DNA of 60,886 nt from Catajapyx aquilonaris (lineage: Eukaryota), in NCBI GenBank assembly GCA_000934665.2, contig KZ538576.1:1-60886 (forward strand). Reading direction: 5' to 3'. A program made the position numbers and the translations under genes. This document shows positions 1-12,406 of this stretch, piece by piece. Under the pieces are notes generated by a model. The model was not told the DNA's origin and searched no databases. It saw only the letters and a list, made by a program, of their open reading frames with translations. Numbering within the stretch: the stretch's first letter is position 1; each line of letters opens with the position of its first letter.

Positions 1-2703
1 AAAGTGATATTCAGTACAGTATTTAAATATCTTCACTTAGGTTTTAATCTGTTATCTAAATGCTGAGATTTTGCGAAATATTATTCCAATATATAAATGG
101 CGACAGAAAATGCAGGTATCTCCTCGCCACCTTTCCTATCCATTCTCTCCAGCTTAGACGAAGTAGAAGGGAAGGGTTGAAGGAATCGCAATACGGTCTG
201 GCAATATAAAATGGGTGGGGGTAAAAATTGATTTTCTGTCTCGCCATTTTCTTCAGAACAACCTGGAGACGCCCAAAAAAAGGTTGCTGAAAAAAGTAAG
301 AGTTTCGTTCCCCCCCCCCCCAAAAAAAAAGAGAAGGGGACGACCCCTGCAGAGACGGAATGAAGGATTTTGGTGGTTGGGATTGCGGATTTTTCTTATT
401 TTTTTTTTACTGTTTGAGGTCGAGACTTGTGTGAGGATGAACTCTACGGGGATCTCATCTAGGATGTTTTAAGCCAATCAGCGTTGACAACCGACCGCTT
501 GGCTTCTTCCTCATTAAGCCCAGGAAATAACAGGCAGGCGACCTAGATTGCAAATTATGCAACATTGTAGCTACTATACCTTTTTTTTTTTGGATAAGTT
601 CAAAATGATAAAATAGCGCGTTTATAGCATATGACTTCGACAATAATCAAACAAGGTTATTTTTATCAATGGTGTCGCAATATTATGTCATTAACCGGTG
701 AGCGTTCTATATTGCGCAATATTTGCGTATTACACTGCTGGGGTAATATTGCAATATTAGTGCGTCGTTTGCTGATATTGCGCATCTTTGATCTACTTGC
801 CTCGAACGTAATGTAAAAATGAGGTCATATTTTATAAAGAACATTAATAATAACTGACAGGTATACGACGTAATTATCGTGCGACAAATAAAACAAAAGC
901 ATTTCTTCATGTTCAATTTCAGAAATAAAGACAGTGCACCCCCTATTATTTAGTAGCAATTTTTATTAGTGGTTATTTACTTTTTATTGATTATTTGCTT
1001 ATTTATTTTTGATATGTTATTTTTATTTACTTATTAATTTTTACGTACGGTATTTACTATTTTTTGATTATTTATTGATTTTATGTATTTATTTATTTTT
1101 TGATTGTTTATGTTTTGTCGATTATTATTTATTTAGTTACACTTTATATCGATATTATGTGATCATTTTTGTTTATTTATTTCCTTCTATTTACTTATAA
1201 TTTTATTTTAATTCATTAGCCAGTTTTATTTTAGTTGCCAACATATTTTATTTTATAATTCTCTTAACATACTTATTTACTTATTTTATTCAATATAACT
1301 TAAGGTATTTTTATTTATTTATTCATAATCACTTACAGTATTTTAATTAAATTTTCACTCCTGTTATATTCATTACTTAATTTAATTTGCTCATTTATAT
1401 ACGTAGCGCAGGATTTATTAGCTATTTTTTGACACGGATATGTCACGCTCGTTCCACGCTCGTTCCATGCTCATGTCACACGCGTTTCTTCACAAAAATT
1501 ACTTGCTCCTGATCCCCCCCAAAAATACTAAGAGCAACTGCAAGCACCAGATAAGCATATCTCCACGCCCCCCCCCCCCCCCCNNNNNNGTATTTTTTTT
1601 TTAACTATTTAAATAACCTCCCCTACCCTCCCCTTCTTCCCAAAAACTCCAGCATAATTTGATCCCCAAATTGAAGCCAGCCAATTTGATTCTAACTTTC
1701 GGTCCGCCGGTTCTTTATTAGCCCTGGATCATTTCATTTTTTTTATCCACCCTCTCCTCTCCTCCCTACCCTCCCTTTCCCCTTCCTTCTTCTTCCCTCG
1801 GGATCCATAAGTCAGCCATGAAGCACCTATAGCCTGCCATTATTTTTCTTCCTCCCTATCTCTGCCCTCCCCCTCCTTCTCTTGTTCACGCTTCCCTGGT
1901 CAGCTGGAAGGGGGCAGCAGGAGAGTCGCCAAAAAACCTCCAAAAAATGCAGAAAAAATGCCTCCTCCCCCCCTCCCCCCCTTCCTGAAGCTGCCAATCT
2001 TATTTGAATAAAAATGCACGAGGGAAATCGAAGCGTGAATGTTACACGCCATGATACGTTTTTTTGGAGCGCTCATGATACCAGACCTAAATTTAATCAT
2101 GGCCTGGGTATGGGGTATAGTGAGGAGAGGAGGAGGAGGAGGAAGAGGAGGAGAAACCGATATCTTGTTTCGGCCAGAGGGGTGATGAGGGATGCATTTT
2201 TGCTGGTGGAGGAACCAGGGAAGGACCATTGTTTCGAAAGGGAAGGGGGTCGATACAATGGGCAGTATCTCTCGGGACACCAGGGTTGGTATTGGAAATA
2301 TTTGAGGGGGGTTCAAGTGGAAGTTATGTTGTGGCTTAATTTTAGGATGTAAAATGTGTTTCTGGGCCAAACCTGATGGAATTGAATGGATAGGAAAAGG
2401 GATCTATGTGATCATCAGCTGGATCAGTGTGATCATCAATATCAAGGTCAATAACAATCATCATGATTAAATTCATGATCATATAATCATCGGGATCTAA
2501 TTCAGCATGAAAATAATTTCTGTGAGCACAAAGATTGTCAATACTTGTATTATTATTTGCCTTTGTCTTTTATTAGTTAGTTTTATCGCTAATTTATTAT
2601 TAGTTATATATAACATATAGTTTTATGTTTTAATAGTTTATAAAAATTTATATTTATTAATGTTAATGATTTTTAAAAATTTATATTTACTTTAAATTTT
2701 ACG

Positions 2704-2866
2704 TTTATATTTATTTAAATAGTTATTTAAATTTATATTTATTTAAATAGTTATTTAAATTTATATTTATTTAAATAGTTATTTAAATTTATATTTATTT
2801 AAATAGTTATTTAAATTTATATTTATTTAAATAGTTATTTAAATTTATATTTATTTAAATAGTTTT
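2704..2866. repeat. AT-rich ~28-bp tandem repeat
   Basis: (ATTTATATTTATTTAAATAGTTATTTAA) x ~5-6. Confidence 0.9.
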
Positions 2867-3859
2867 TAAAAATATATGAATTTATATCTTAGTTGTAATT
2901 TGAGTAACAAATAAAAATAAAATGACACGAAATATAGTTGTATTTCATGTGCTTAGTTCAATTCAAAGGGTTTTAATTAATTTTATTAATTTGCTTATTA
3001 CATATTTGTTTTATATCGACATGTTAACCTCTTTGTTATAATATAATGCAAGTCAATGTAGAAAATAATAAACTTCAATTATTAATTAATGCCATAAGTG
3101 AATTACCGTACTACTCAGAGCATATAACAAAATTAATTCAAGTTCACGAAACATTTTATATTAATTAGTATTATTGAACACTTAATATTACAAAATAAAT
3201 TATAATTTAATGATTATTTTCATCCTAAAATTGATCTGAGATTCGCATCGTAATATCGACATTTTATTGCAACAATCGCAAAATATTTATTCATGGCCTT
3301 TGTTGCTTCTTTTCCACGTTGGTTGCAAGCTTAAACGATTAATGACGTCACCACATCAATCCCTTCTCCTTATTGTTGCCGGTTGCTGGAGCAAACAAAA
3401 TCCTTTTAAGACTCGAATCCATGTATTAAAATGTTATCAGACACCTGGTCCTTCAACATGACCAAAACATTGTGTGTCGTACCGGTAATCATCCATTAGG
3501 CCTGCACGGCATTACAGGTACGGGTGTTGTCACAGCACCGGATTACCCGCCGGCTTATACCTAGCAACGGACGGTACTCCTCTCATTGAACGTACTGTAA
3601 TCCGACAGTGTTCCGCACAAATCCTTCAGGCACAGCTTATACTCTACTGTAGCAAAATGGGACGCTCCAAAATATGTGGACAAAATAACTCCTATCCCTC
3701 TCTGGATGTTTGTCATGGGAGGGGTGTTGTCACAATACCGTGAGTCTCCTGACTCCGGAATAAAAAGAAGAGACAGCACGACGCGACGTCGCGCGTCGAG
3801 GGACTTAGAAGACACCCAACAAAAGTGAGTGATTGGTCAGGAAGAGGGGAAGAAAAGAG

Positions 3860-4075
3860 CATGGAGAATTCAGATTGGAGGCCTCACAAGGATTACTCAT
3901 ACCATTGTTGGGGTTGCTTATGCCCAGTGGTGTCATCGACTGCAACTTTATTCGATCCGACGTTTAGGTCCCCACTTAATGAATAGAAGGTGGAATCAAA
4001 TGGTCAGCAACATCTTTTCTTAATAGATTAGAAGATATGTAGATGACATAGTATTTGTGGCTGATAATGCAAGAC
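3860..4075 (+). pseudogene. Degenerate non-LTR retrotransposon (RTE-like) reverse transcriptase fragment
   Basis: RYVDDIVFVADNAR at 4033-4074 is a YxDD catalytic motif. It is preceded by frameshifted EGGIK and by a decayed GV..Q.C segment resembling GVRQGC. Confidence 0.5.
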
Positions 4076-4859
4076 CTCGTTACAACTTCAGTAAAAATGG
4101 CGCCTGGTGATCGACACTAGCGCAAATTGAGTTCAGAAAAATAATTAAAGCACCCAGCAGGTACACTTCGTACAAAAAAATAGCCCCCTGCCCCCCCCAT
4201 CCAACCAGACAAGTCGCGTGTTCGACGTTTTAGTTAAAACCTCCCGTTACCGTGGCATCGAGAGAATTGGAGCTTGAAATTGGGCGTTAACTGCGCAACT
4301 TTGCGACTGATTTCCGGGGTGGGTGGCAAGGCAGCAGGGTTGGGTGGGGGGTGGAGGGAGGACGTTGTGGAGAGAGGAATGGGGGAGAGGGGAAAACGAA
4401 TCATTTCATCCGGTTTCCCCCCGGTGTTTATTGTGCCGAATGCAAATCTAGTCGGCAAAAGTTTTCGTCTACTACTAACTGGACGCCTCCCACCCCCTCC
4501 CTCCCCTACCATCCCCCCTCCACCTCCCACCACCCCATGGTTGGAAAATTAATTTCTATTTCAAGCTCTCGCCGTTTCAAGTTTTGGGAAAATTAATATT
4601 CATGGCTGCCTGTGCTTTTGTCTTACTCTCCCCGTTTTGTCTCCGAGAGTGTATGGAAACATCTCGGAAGACATCGCTCGAATGCACTTATTGGGTCAAC
4701 TTCATACATAACGGCTATGTCAACAACCGCGATTTCTGACGTCACTACAGGGCGTGTAATGTAGTCAGCATTTGAATCGTTGGGGCGACAACACAATAAT
4801 GTAACGAGCAACCGGTTTAAAAAATTTTAAAGGCTAAGGGTGGTCAAAATGATAGCTGC

Positions 4860-5610
4860 TACCGTCTTTTAAAAGTAGCAATGATAAATGAAATAACTGT
4901 TGCACACAGTGGCAATGATAAATAACATAAGTATTAAATAAAAGTAGAAGCGATAACAACAATTATTAAGAGTAGCAGCAATAACATAACTATTAGTAAC
5001 AGGAGCATCGAATAATAAAAACTCTTACTTCTTACATAACAGTAGCAGTGAACAACTATTAGCAACAGTAGCAGTGATGAATAGCAGAACTATTAGCTAC
5101 AGTAGCAGTGATGAATAGCACAACTATTAGCAACAGTAGCAGCGATAAAATAACACAACTATTAGCACCAGTAGCAGTGATGAATAGCACAACTATTAGC
5201 AACAGTAGCAGCGATAAAATAACACAACTATTACCACCAGTAGCAGTGATGAATAACACAACTATTATAATAGTTATTCATCACTTACTGCTACTAATAG
5301 TTAATCATCACTTACTGTTACTGATAGTTATTCATCACTTACTGCTACTGATAGTTATTCATCACTTACTGTTACTGATAGTTATTCATCACTTACTGTT
5401 ACTGATAGTTATTCATCACTTACTGTTACTAACAACAGTTATTCATCACTTACTGTTACTAACAACAGTTATTCATCACTTACTGTTACTAACAACAGTT
5501 ATTCATCACTTACTGTTACTATAGTAACATTAAGTGATGAACAACTATTAAGCAGCTATTAATCGCAGGTAACTTCACCTGTTATTTGAAGTAGCAGTGA
5601 TTAATAACGG
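4860..5610. repeat. Minisatellite (AGTAGCAGTGATGAATAAC core) with an internal inverted block
   Basis: Forward units run to ~5266, reverse 27-30-bp units span 5268-5520, then the array is forward again. This explains spurious ORFs 5059 and 5108. Confidence 0.9.
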
Positions 5611-6284
5611 CTATTTTGGCTCGGGTGGTGGTGGTAATGGTTATAGTGATTTCCAACCTTGTGTGTCAAGCACCCAATAGCGCAGAAGGAATTTCCCTCT
5701 TCCTCTAGTTCCTCCGGGGGTCTCCCAAAAGGATGGCTACCCACATTAATCGCTTGAGTTCTCCAATCATTCCCTCTGATGTGGGTAGACGAGGGAGGGA
5801 AGGAGGAGAAGGAAAAACTTTTGTCCCTCTTGTCTCCCTCATATCTTCTAGGTGTCGAGGAGTCTTCGGCAGGGACTAAAGTGTGGTTATTGACTTAATT
5901 AGCCCTGACGTGTGGCGAACTCTGACGTCAAAGGAACTCTATTGCCGCAACCTAACGATAGACCTGCCTTACATATGGCGATACATCAGCAGTCTCCACA
6001 TGGGCCCAAGTTTTATATTGTCATATAAAATCTCAAATATCTCTCAGGCATAAAAGGACTATGGAAGCAGCAGACTTTACTATAGGCCTTCTGCATATAG
6101 AAGTCACAACAATGAAACGGTAGCGGGTGGTGCCTATATGGGTCATGCAGGAATGTCGTGACGGCAGGCTCGAGAGGCACAAATTCAAGGGTCTATGAAC
6201 CTGTGCCAAATATTTATAGACTAATTTGTAAGATGAATGTTGATTGTCACCCTGACGTTAAAAACTTGGACTTTTGCTCACCTT

Positions 6285-6870
6285 CAATAATTGGGAATTT
6301 AAAGCTGGTGAAATTTTGTGCCTAATTTGTGCACATTTCGTGCCTAATTTGAGGTGTAGTTGTGATTTACACGCACCATTTAGGCACAACATTAAGCTGT
6401 GGTGATCAGTTGCTATTCTTGTGGAATGTCCATTTGTGCCTAATTTGTGCCTAATTGTGCCTTTTCTCCTTATTTGTGGTGTAATGGTGGCCACTTCCCA
6501 GAATTTAGGCACAATGTTAAGCTGTGGCTGTCAGTAACTATTATTGCCTCATTTGTGCCCAATTTGTGCCTAATTGTACCTTTTTCTCCTAATTTGTGGT
6601 GTAATGGTCACTGATTCCAGGAATTTAGGAACAACGTTAAGCTGTGGTGGTCAGTTCCTATCATTGCCTAATTTGTTACCAATTTGTTTCCATTTTGTGC
6701 CGAATTGTAACTTTTGCTCCTAATTTGTGGTGTAATGGTGACCGATTACAAGAATTTAATAACTTAGAAGCAGCGTTAAGCTGTGGTGATCAGTTGCTAT
6801 TATTTCCTAGTTTGTTCCTAATTTGTACCCAATTTGTGCCTAAATCGTCGCAATTTGTGCGCAATTGCGA
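6285..6870. repeat. Degenerate ~120-bp tandem repeat
   Basis: Recurrent TTAAGCTGTGG..TCAGT, AATTTGTGCCTAATT and TTTGTGGTGTAATGGT about every 120 bp. Confidence 0.8.
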
Positions 6871-7799
6871 AAATGAGTACCGTACGTAGAATCATTGGTA
6901 TTTTCGCAACATGATTTTTTTCACAATAATTTTGTGCCGTATAATTTCAGCAGGTTGTTCATCCCAGCAACCGGAAAGCTACAGTATAAACCTCCTTCTA
7001 GCTTTCACAACACAAAATTTCCTGTCCCATTTTATGTCGTTTGTCCCTCCCTCCAAAAAATAAAAAAATAAAAAAAATTTTGTGCCGTCACAAACTTCAA
7101 AAGAGCAAACATTGTTTATGAAAAATACTCCACCATTTTTTCGCCGGTTATCCGCAGTGTGGCGCTCATCAATTCCAGCTTTTTGGCAACAGCTGCTTTT
7201 GTCGCCAGCGACTGATGAAGCCGAAATCGCGCCTGCATGTAGATGCAGCTTTGAAGTCACTTAGTCGCGACAAGCAACAGCAAAAAAAAAAAGCAAAATT
7301 TTGCAAAAAAAAACTAACCTTTTTGTATTCTGATACTCTTGCACGTTCCTAATGACTTTTAGCGAGCCAAAAAAAAGAGTCAAAAATTCATGAAATTAAG
7401 GTATGAACATGCGACCCCCGTTGCGATTGCGGACCTTAATTAGAACCACCAAACTTCTACCCGGTTTTTGTTGCGAAAAAAAAAATCCGCTTTTAAAACG
7501 GCGTAAATCAACCTAAGTTAATGAAATTTTGGGGCGAAAATGAATCCATTTGAATTCTGCGCGCCAAACACGTTTCAAAAATAAAGATATACAGATTTTT
7601 TTTTAAAGTAGGAAATGAAGCTTCGAAGTTTAATTCTGAGTTAGGATGTGATTGTCGTAATCTATGCAAAATTTTGAGCCGTGCAAATTTTTTTTTTGTA
7701 CTCATTAGTAATGAGTCAATGAGTAGTGGTCCGGAGAGATAGGGTTTAATTCCAGGATGACCTGATTTCTTTTTGCGAGGTGTTGACGTGTGTGGAATG

Positions 7800-7912
7800 A
7801 AGGACGTGCAAATTTGGGGCGAGTCATACACACGGGAACGGAGTGGGCACGAAACGGAAATAAAGGAACCTGGACAAACAAACAGACAAACTTAATTTCA
7901 TAATATGTACGA
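7800..7912 (-). mobile_element. Helitron 5' terminus fragment
   Basis: The minus strand reads TCGTACATATTATGAAATTAAGTTTGTCTGTTTGTTTGTCC. Confidence 0.4.
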
Positions 7913-7934
7913 CAAATTTTGGGTCGTATAAATC

Positions 7935-8530
7935 AAACAAATTAAATTAAATATTAAATTGATTTAAATATTAATTTAATTATATACAGTATTTATCAAA
8001 TTTTAAATCAAAATTGGTTGAATTAAATTAAATATTAAACTGATTTAAATATTAATTTAATTATATACAGTATTTATCAAATTTTAAATCAAAATTGGTT
8101 GAATTACTAAATTAAATATTAAACTGATTTAAATATTAATTTAATTATATACAGTATTTATCAAATTTTAAATCAAAATTGGTTGAATTAAATTTAATCA
8201 ATATTAATTTTATTTCATATTAGGCAAATTTAATCGATATTAATTTAAACAATATTAATTTAATTGCATATTAAGCAAATTTATCACATCTTCATCAATA
8301 TTAATTTAATTGCATATTAAGCAAATTTATCACATTTTAAATCAAAACTGATTTAATTAAATTTTAATCAAAATTAGTTGAATTAAATTGTAAATCACAA
8401 AATAAAATCAATGAAATATTTAATTTAATCAAAATTAGTCGAAGCAGGTGTTAAATACGTATAATTAAATTCAATATAAATTTAATCACATGTTAAATAT
8501 GATTAAATTCAAAAAATTAAATTATCACAT
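7935..8530. repeat. AT-rich tandem repeats (~80-bp unit x3 plus degenerate copies)
   Basis: TTAATTATATACAGTATTTATCAAATTTTAAATCAAAATTGGTTGAATT is repeated. Confidence 0.85.
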
Positions 8531-9187
8531 TATATTTACAAATAAACATTCGAAATTATTGTTCAAAATTAAAATGTTAAAATTTTAATAGAAACAAAAA
8601 TTCACGTTCAAAACTAGTTCAACTCCCCTCACCCCCATTTTTTGGGGGTTAGCTAGTTGGATGCTTAAAAAAATCGACCAATGGCAAGACTAGGATTTTC
8701 CTAATGGAAATTACTCTCACTAGAAAGAGCCTTCACTCATAGTTCCCTCGCGAATCTATTAAAACTCCATCCGTCTGGATCAAGTTTGCAGAAATTTTTG
8801 CAACCAATGTTTTTTCTGACGCCACACCCAATTTTTTGTTGTTGTTTAACCATTTACGCATAGTTAATCCATCAATGGTGCAACCCCTTTCCTCTACAAG
8901 ACAGAAGCAATTGGTACAAATTAATGAGAGGAGCCGTAAATTAGGACTGGTGCAAATTCGCACCAGTCTAATTGCCGGGGGGGGGCTTAAGCCGTAGTAA
9001 ATCAGGACGGACGCCTGGAATTTAGACGTCTTAGGTTCTATTTTTTACTAGCTCTTTTTTTTTAAACTGGAGTTTAATTGATGGCCTTTGGGAGGTTTAC
9101 TGACGTGGGGTATTGCAGAGAATATAACTCACGAAAAAAATCAAGCGGTTTATGATTATGTCTAATTAATGTGCGTATATATATAAT

Positions 9188-9373
9188 TACTGCTGCTGCT
9201 CCTACTGGTACTCCTACACCTACTCCTACTCCTACTCCTACTCCTACTCCTACTCCTCCAACTACTACTACTACTGCCGCTGCTGCTGCTGCTGCTGCTG
9301 CTGCTACTACTACCACTACTACTACTGCTGCTGCTGCTGCTGCTATTATCAATAATAATAATAATGAATAAAA

Positions 9374-9408
<35 letters not shown>

Positions 9409-9790
9409 AATAAATAAATAAATAAAAATAAAAATAAAAATAAATAAATATAAATAAAAATAAAATAATTTTAATAATAACAATAATAATAAAAATAATA
9501 ACAATAAAATAAAATAAAATAAAATAAAATGAAATAAATTAAATTAAAATAATAAAAATAAAATAAAATAAAATAAAATAAAATAAAATGAAATAAATTA
9601 AATTAAAATAATAATAATGAAATAAAATAAAATAAAATAAAATAAAATAAATAAAAATAATAAAAATAAAAATAATAAAATAAAATAATATTCATTAAAA
9701 TAACAAAAAATAATAATTAAATTGAATTGAAATAATATAATAATACTACTACAACTACTACAACAATAATAATAACAATAATAATACAAA
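9188..9790. repeat. Compound microsatellite (CCTACT)n(ACT)n(GCT)n(AAT)n(AAAT)n(AAAAT)n
   Basis: Read directly from the sequence. Confidence 0.95.
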
Positions 9791-10043
9791 ATTATATTTA
9801 TACCCCAACATACTGATTACCACATTAATTTGACTACAAAGACTACAGTGTACTGTAAATGTGTATCTGATTTACCTTACATAATTTACTTATCATTACA
9901 GAAATCTACCCTTGAATATTGTACTACGTCTGAGCAAAACTCTTCGAAGGGTAACGAAGCGAATATTACCTTGATATTACGTATTTCGATTAATATGATT
10001 CACAGACTATGAATGAAGCCTCCAGCGACACTGTGTATTAATA

Positions 10044-10049
10044 TCAGTC
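10044..10049 (+). promoter_or_regulatory. Possible initiator (Inr) of lipase gene
   Basis: TCAGTC matches the arthropod Inr consensus TCAKTY, 27 nt upstream of the ATG. Alternatively TTTTAG at 10053-10058 is a 5'UTR splice acceptor. Confidence 0.3.
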
Positions 10050-10070
10050 TCGTTTTAGCTCCTTTTTGAA

Positions 10071-10169
10071 ATGGTCGTCGTGCAGTGGGTTCTAATTGCG
10101 GCGAATGTCATACTTGGAACGGAGGCCTTAAGATTGTTTCATTTTCCAGTCTATGAAGGAAATGACATT
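10071..10169 (+). CDS. Lipase exon 1 (signal peptide; MVVVQWVLIAANVILGTEALRLFHFPVYEGNDI)
   Basis: ATG at 10071, 33 codons, donor GTGAGT at 10170 (phase 0). Confidence 0.85.
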
Positions 10170-11870
10170 GTGAGTACATTGGTGGTTGGAAGATAGTCTT
10201 ACATGTGATTTCTTACGGTTTGCTTTAACAAGTGTGGGTATGTACGACAAAAAGGATATCCATGTGAAGACCACAAAGTAACAACACCTGATGGGTACAT
10301 CCTGTCGCTCAATCGCATACCACACGGTGTATCACCCTCGAACAACACAAGGAGACCACCAGTCATCTTAACACACGGAATGCTACATTCAATAATGGTC
10401 TTTGTGATTGGCCCACCTTCAAGAGGTTTAGGTAAATATTGCAGAAAAAAATAATGAATATTTTTCTGTTGTTATTCTTTTTTGAAAAGGTTACATCCTG
10501 CCTGATGTTGGGTTCGACCTCTGGTTGTTCAGTCATAGAGGTACCGCTCACTCCATAAGACACGTGAAAATGACAGCACAGCAACCCGAATATTGGCAGT
10601 ATAGTCATGACGAGATGTCTAACTTCGACCTGCCAACTGTGATAGACTACATACTGGAGAAGACTGGTCAGCATAAAGTTGGCTACATAGGACACTCCTT
10701 GGGAGGCATATTACTGTTTGAAACCTTATCCGGAATACCCGAGTACAACTCAAAGGTCTTCCTGGGCATCACTTTAGGAGCGGCTACCTCTTTAGACCAC
10801 TCCAATGGGCCTGTGATCCAAATGTTGCCACCTTTTTCGGTTATGAATGATTTATTTGTGAGTATTAATATTATCATCTGAAAAATAATTCTCAATAAGT
10901 CTGATATCTAATATTGCATACTTCATGATTTTTCAGAATCTGTTGACGAGCTTAGGAATAATGAACATTGGTTATCCGTATCCAGAGTTGTACAATATAG
11001 TGCAGTCATTTTGCATGCTGAACCGCTACACTGCCATACTTTGCATTTCGTTGACTGGCTTGGGTCTTGGTTACGATATGGACGAAGTCGATATGGCAAG
11101 TACAGTGGTGACCACAATTATAACCTAATTTTCTCCCATTATTTCACCAGGAAAAAACGAAGGAATTTCTGTTGTCCTCTCCGGCTTCACTTTCGTTTCG
11201 TACTGCGTTGCAAGTTCTACAGTGGAAGGAAAGCGGTTTGTTTCGCAAGTACGACTTCGGACCTGAGGAGAACCTTCTCCGGTACAACTCGGTATCACCG
11301 CCTCTTTACAACCTGGGAAACGTCACAGCTCCTGTGGCCATGTTTTGGGCACTCAATGACTGGACGATACATCCAAAGGTCAGTCATCCATTCATCGTAA
11401 AACGATACTCCGAAGCGCATTCAAAATACAGGGTGTAAATCCTAAGCGTGTCATCAGAAAAGATGGTGGTAGAGGGCGCAGGTGTCAACATTTTTCCATA
11501 GGGAACTATGGGTCGGAAACGCACCCTCACCGAGTTACGCCCCTTTCTAGTTTGCGGCAGGTAGGGTGCACGCGGCGGAGTGACTCGGTGAGTGAGCGTT
11601 TCCGACCCCTAGTTCCTTATGCAAAAATGCCTTCGCCATCTACCACCACCTTTTCTGGTGACACGCTTAGGATTTACACCCTGTATATTTATTATTGTCC
11701 AGGACGTGAAGACTACAGCGGATCAGCTTCCCAACCTGGTCGGGTCGTTCCAAGTCAAATGGCCTCTCTTCACCCACTATGACTTCGTCATGGCCAGAAA
11801 TGTCGTACCTCTGCTGTACGACGATGTGGTGAAAGTTTTGCGACAGTACAGCGGAATAGATTCCACCTAA
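10071..11870 (+). CDS. Acid lipase family (LIPA/gastric lipase/insect lipase 3-like) secreted alpha/beta hydrolase, 6 exons, 406 aa: join(10071..10169,10233..10431,10490..10857,10937..11095,11151..11378,11703..11870)
   Basis: Manual splicing gives a continuous 1221-nt ORF. It has a hydrophobic N-terminus (MVVVQWVLIAANVILGTEA), the family motif GYPCEDHKVTTPDGYILSLNRIPHG, PPVILTHGML, GYILPDVGFDLWL, DEMSNFDLPTVIDYILEKTG, the nucleophile elbow YIGHSLG, FRKYDFG..ENLLRYNSVSPPLYNL, catalytic Asp in ALNDW and catalytic His in FTHYDF. Splice phases are consistent throughout. Confidence 0.95.
10233..10431 (+). CDS. Lipase exon 2 (CGYVRQKGYPCEDHKVTTPDGYILSLNRIPHG...THGML...SRGL)
   Basis: Acceptor AG at 10231-10232; N-terminal acid-lipase motif; donor GTAAAT at 10432 (phase 1). 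The ORF track misses this exon. Confidence 0.93.
10490..10857 (+). CDS. Lipase exon 3 (contains GHSLG catalytic serine)
   Basis: Acceptor AG at 10488-10489; same frame as ORF 10525..10881; donor GTGAGT at 10858. Confidence 0.95.
10937..11095 (+). CDS. Lipase exon 4 (lid/cap region with Cys pair)
   Basis: Acceptor TTTCAG ends at 10936; NLLTSLG...FC...LC...DMDEVDM; probable GC donor GCAAGT at 11096. Confidence 0.85.
11151..11378 (+). CDS. Lipase exon 5 (FRKYDFG, catalytic Asp in NDW)
   Basis: Acceptor CACCAG ends at 11150; same frame as ORF 11172..11438; donor GTCAGT at 11379. Confidence 0.93.
11429..11683. mobile_element. Tc1/mariner-type MITE (255 bp) in lipase intron 5
   Basis: About 50-bp TIRs CAGGGTGTAAATCCTAAGCGTGTCA...TGACACGCTTAGGATTTACACCCTG, with TA on both sides. 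Confidence 0.9.
11703..11870 (+). CDS. Lipase exon 6 (catalytic His in THYDF, stop)
   Basis: Acceptor TCCAG ends at 11702; DVKTTADQLPN...FTHYDFVMARNVVPLLYDDVVKVL; TAA at 11868-11870. Confidence 0.93.
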   Translation, partial: DVKTTADQLPNLVGSFQVKWPLFTHYDFVMARNVVPLLYDDVVKVLRQYSGIDST

Positions 11871-11897
11871 TAACATAGACGTAATTATGTTGTACCA

Positions 11898-11903
11898 AAT
11901 AAA
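11898..11903 (+). terminator. Polyadenylation signal of lipase gene
   Basis: AATAAA beginning 28 nt after the stop codon. Confidence 0.6.
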
Positions 11904-12406
11904 CTGACGTTATTCTGCAAAATGATTCACAATATTATTCAGCCAATTGTAGGCAGGGTGCCAGGATCACTTTATGTTGTATAGATTAGAAAAAACATTG
12001 TTTCGCTCGCTTCTACATGAATGAGGTTATGATTATTTCGCAGATTACACTGCTTGAGAGACCATTGATATTATCTTTTGGTGTCTGAAGTGCTGCCGGT
12101 AGGTATGTTATATAATATATTATGGGACCCTTTGTAATGAGCCTCAGAATATTTTTTAACACTTGTATCTTGTTTAGCTGTTACCCTTGACACAAATAAT
12201 TCCCCAGTGATATTTAAGCTCTATTGGTCGATACTTACTCTCAAATTTATTTCAATGTGTATAACCATATAGCGTAATACATTAAGACGAGAAGTTTTTG
12301 ATACCATAATAATGGCAATTACTAAAAAAATGTATGTGATAGAAAATATCGGTTAACAAATTTGAAATCAGCACAAAAAATACAATATAAATGACACATT
12401 CATGTA

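Noticed and set aside
7212..7260. CTGATGA..GAAA as a possible hammerhead ribozyme core (CTGATGA also at ~53594 and ~57289)
   Set aside because: No stem II or flanking stems with correct GAAA and NUH placement could be built by eye.
7397..7439. TTAA|GGT...ACC|TTAA micro-element (Kolobok/piggyBac-like)
   Set aside because: It has only 3 bp of terminal symmetry and one copy, which is compatible with chance.
9074..9371. Pro/Thr/Ala-rich mucin-like ORFs
   Set aside because: These are translations of microsatellites.
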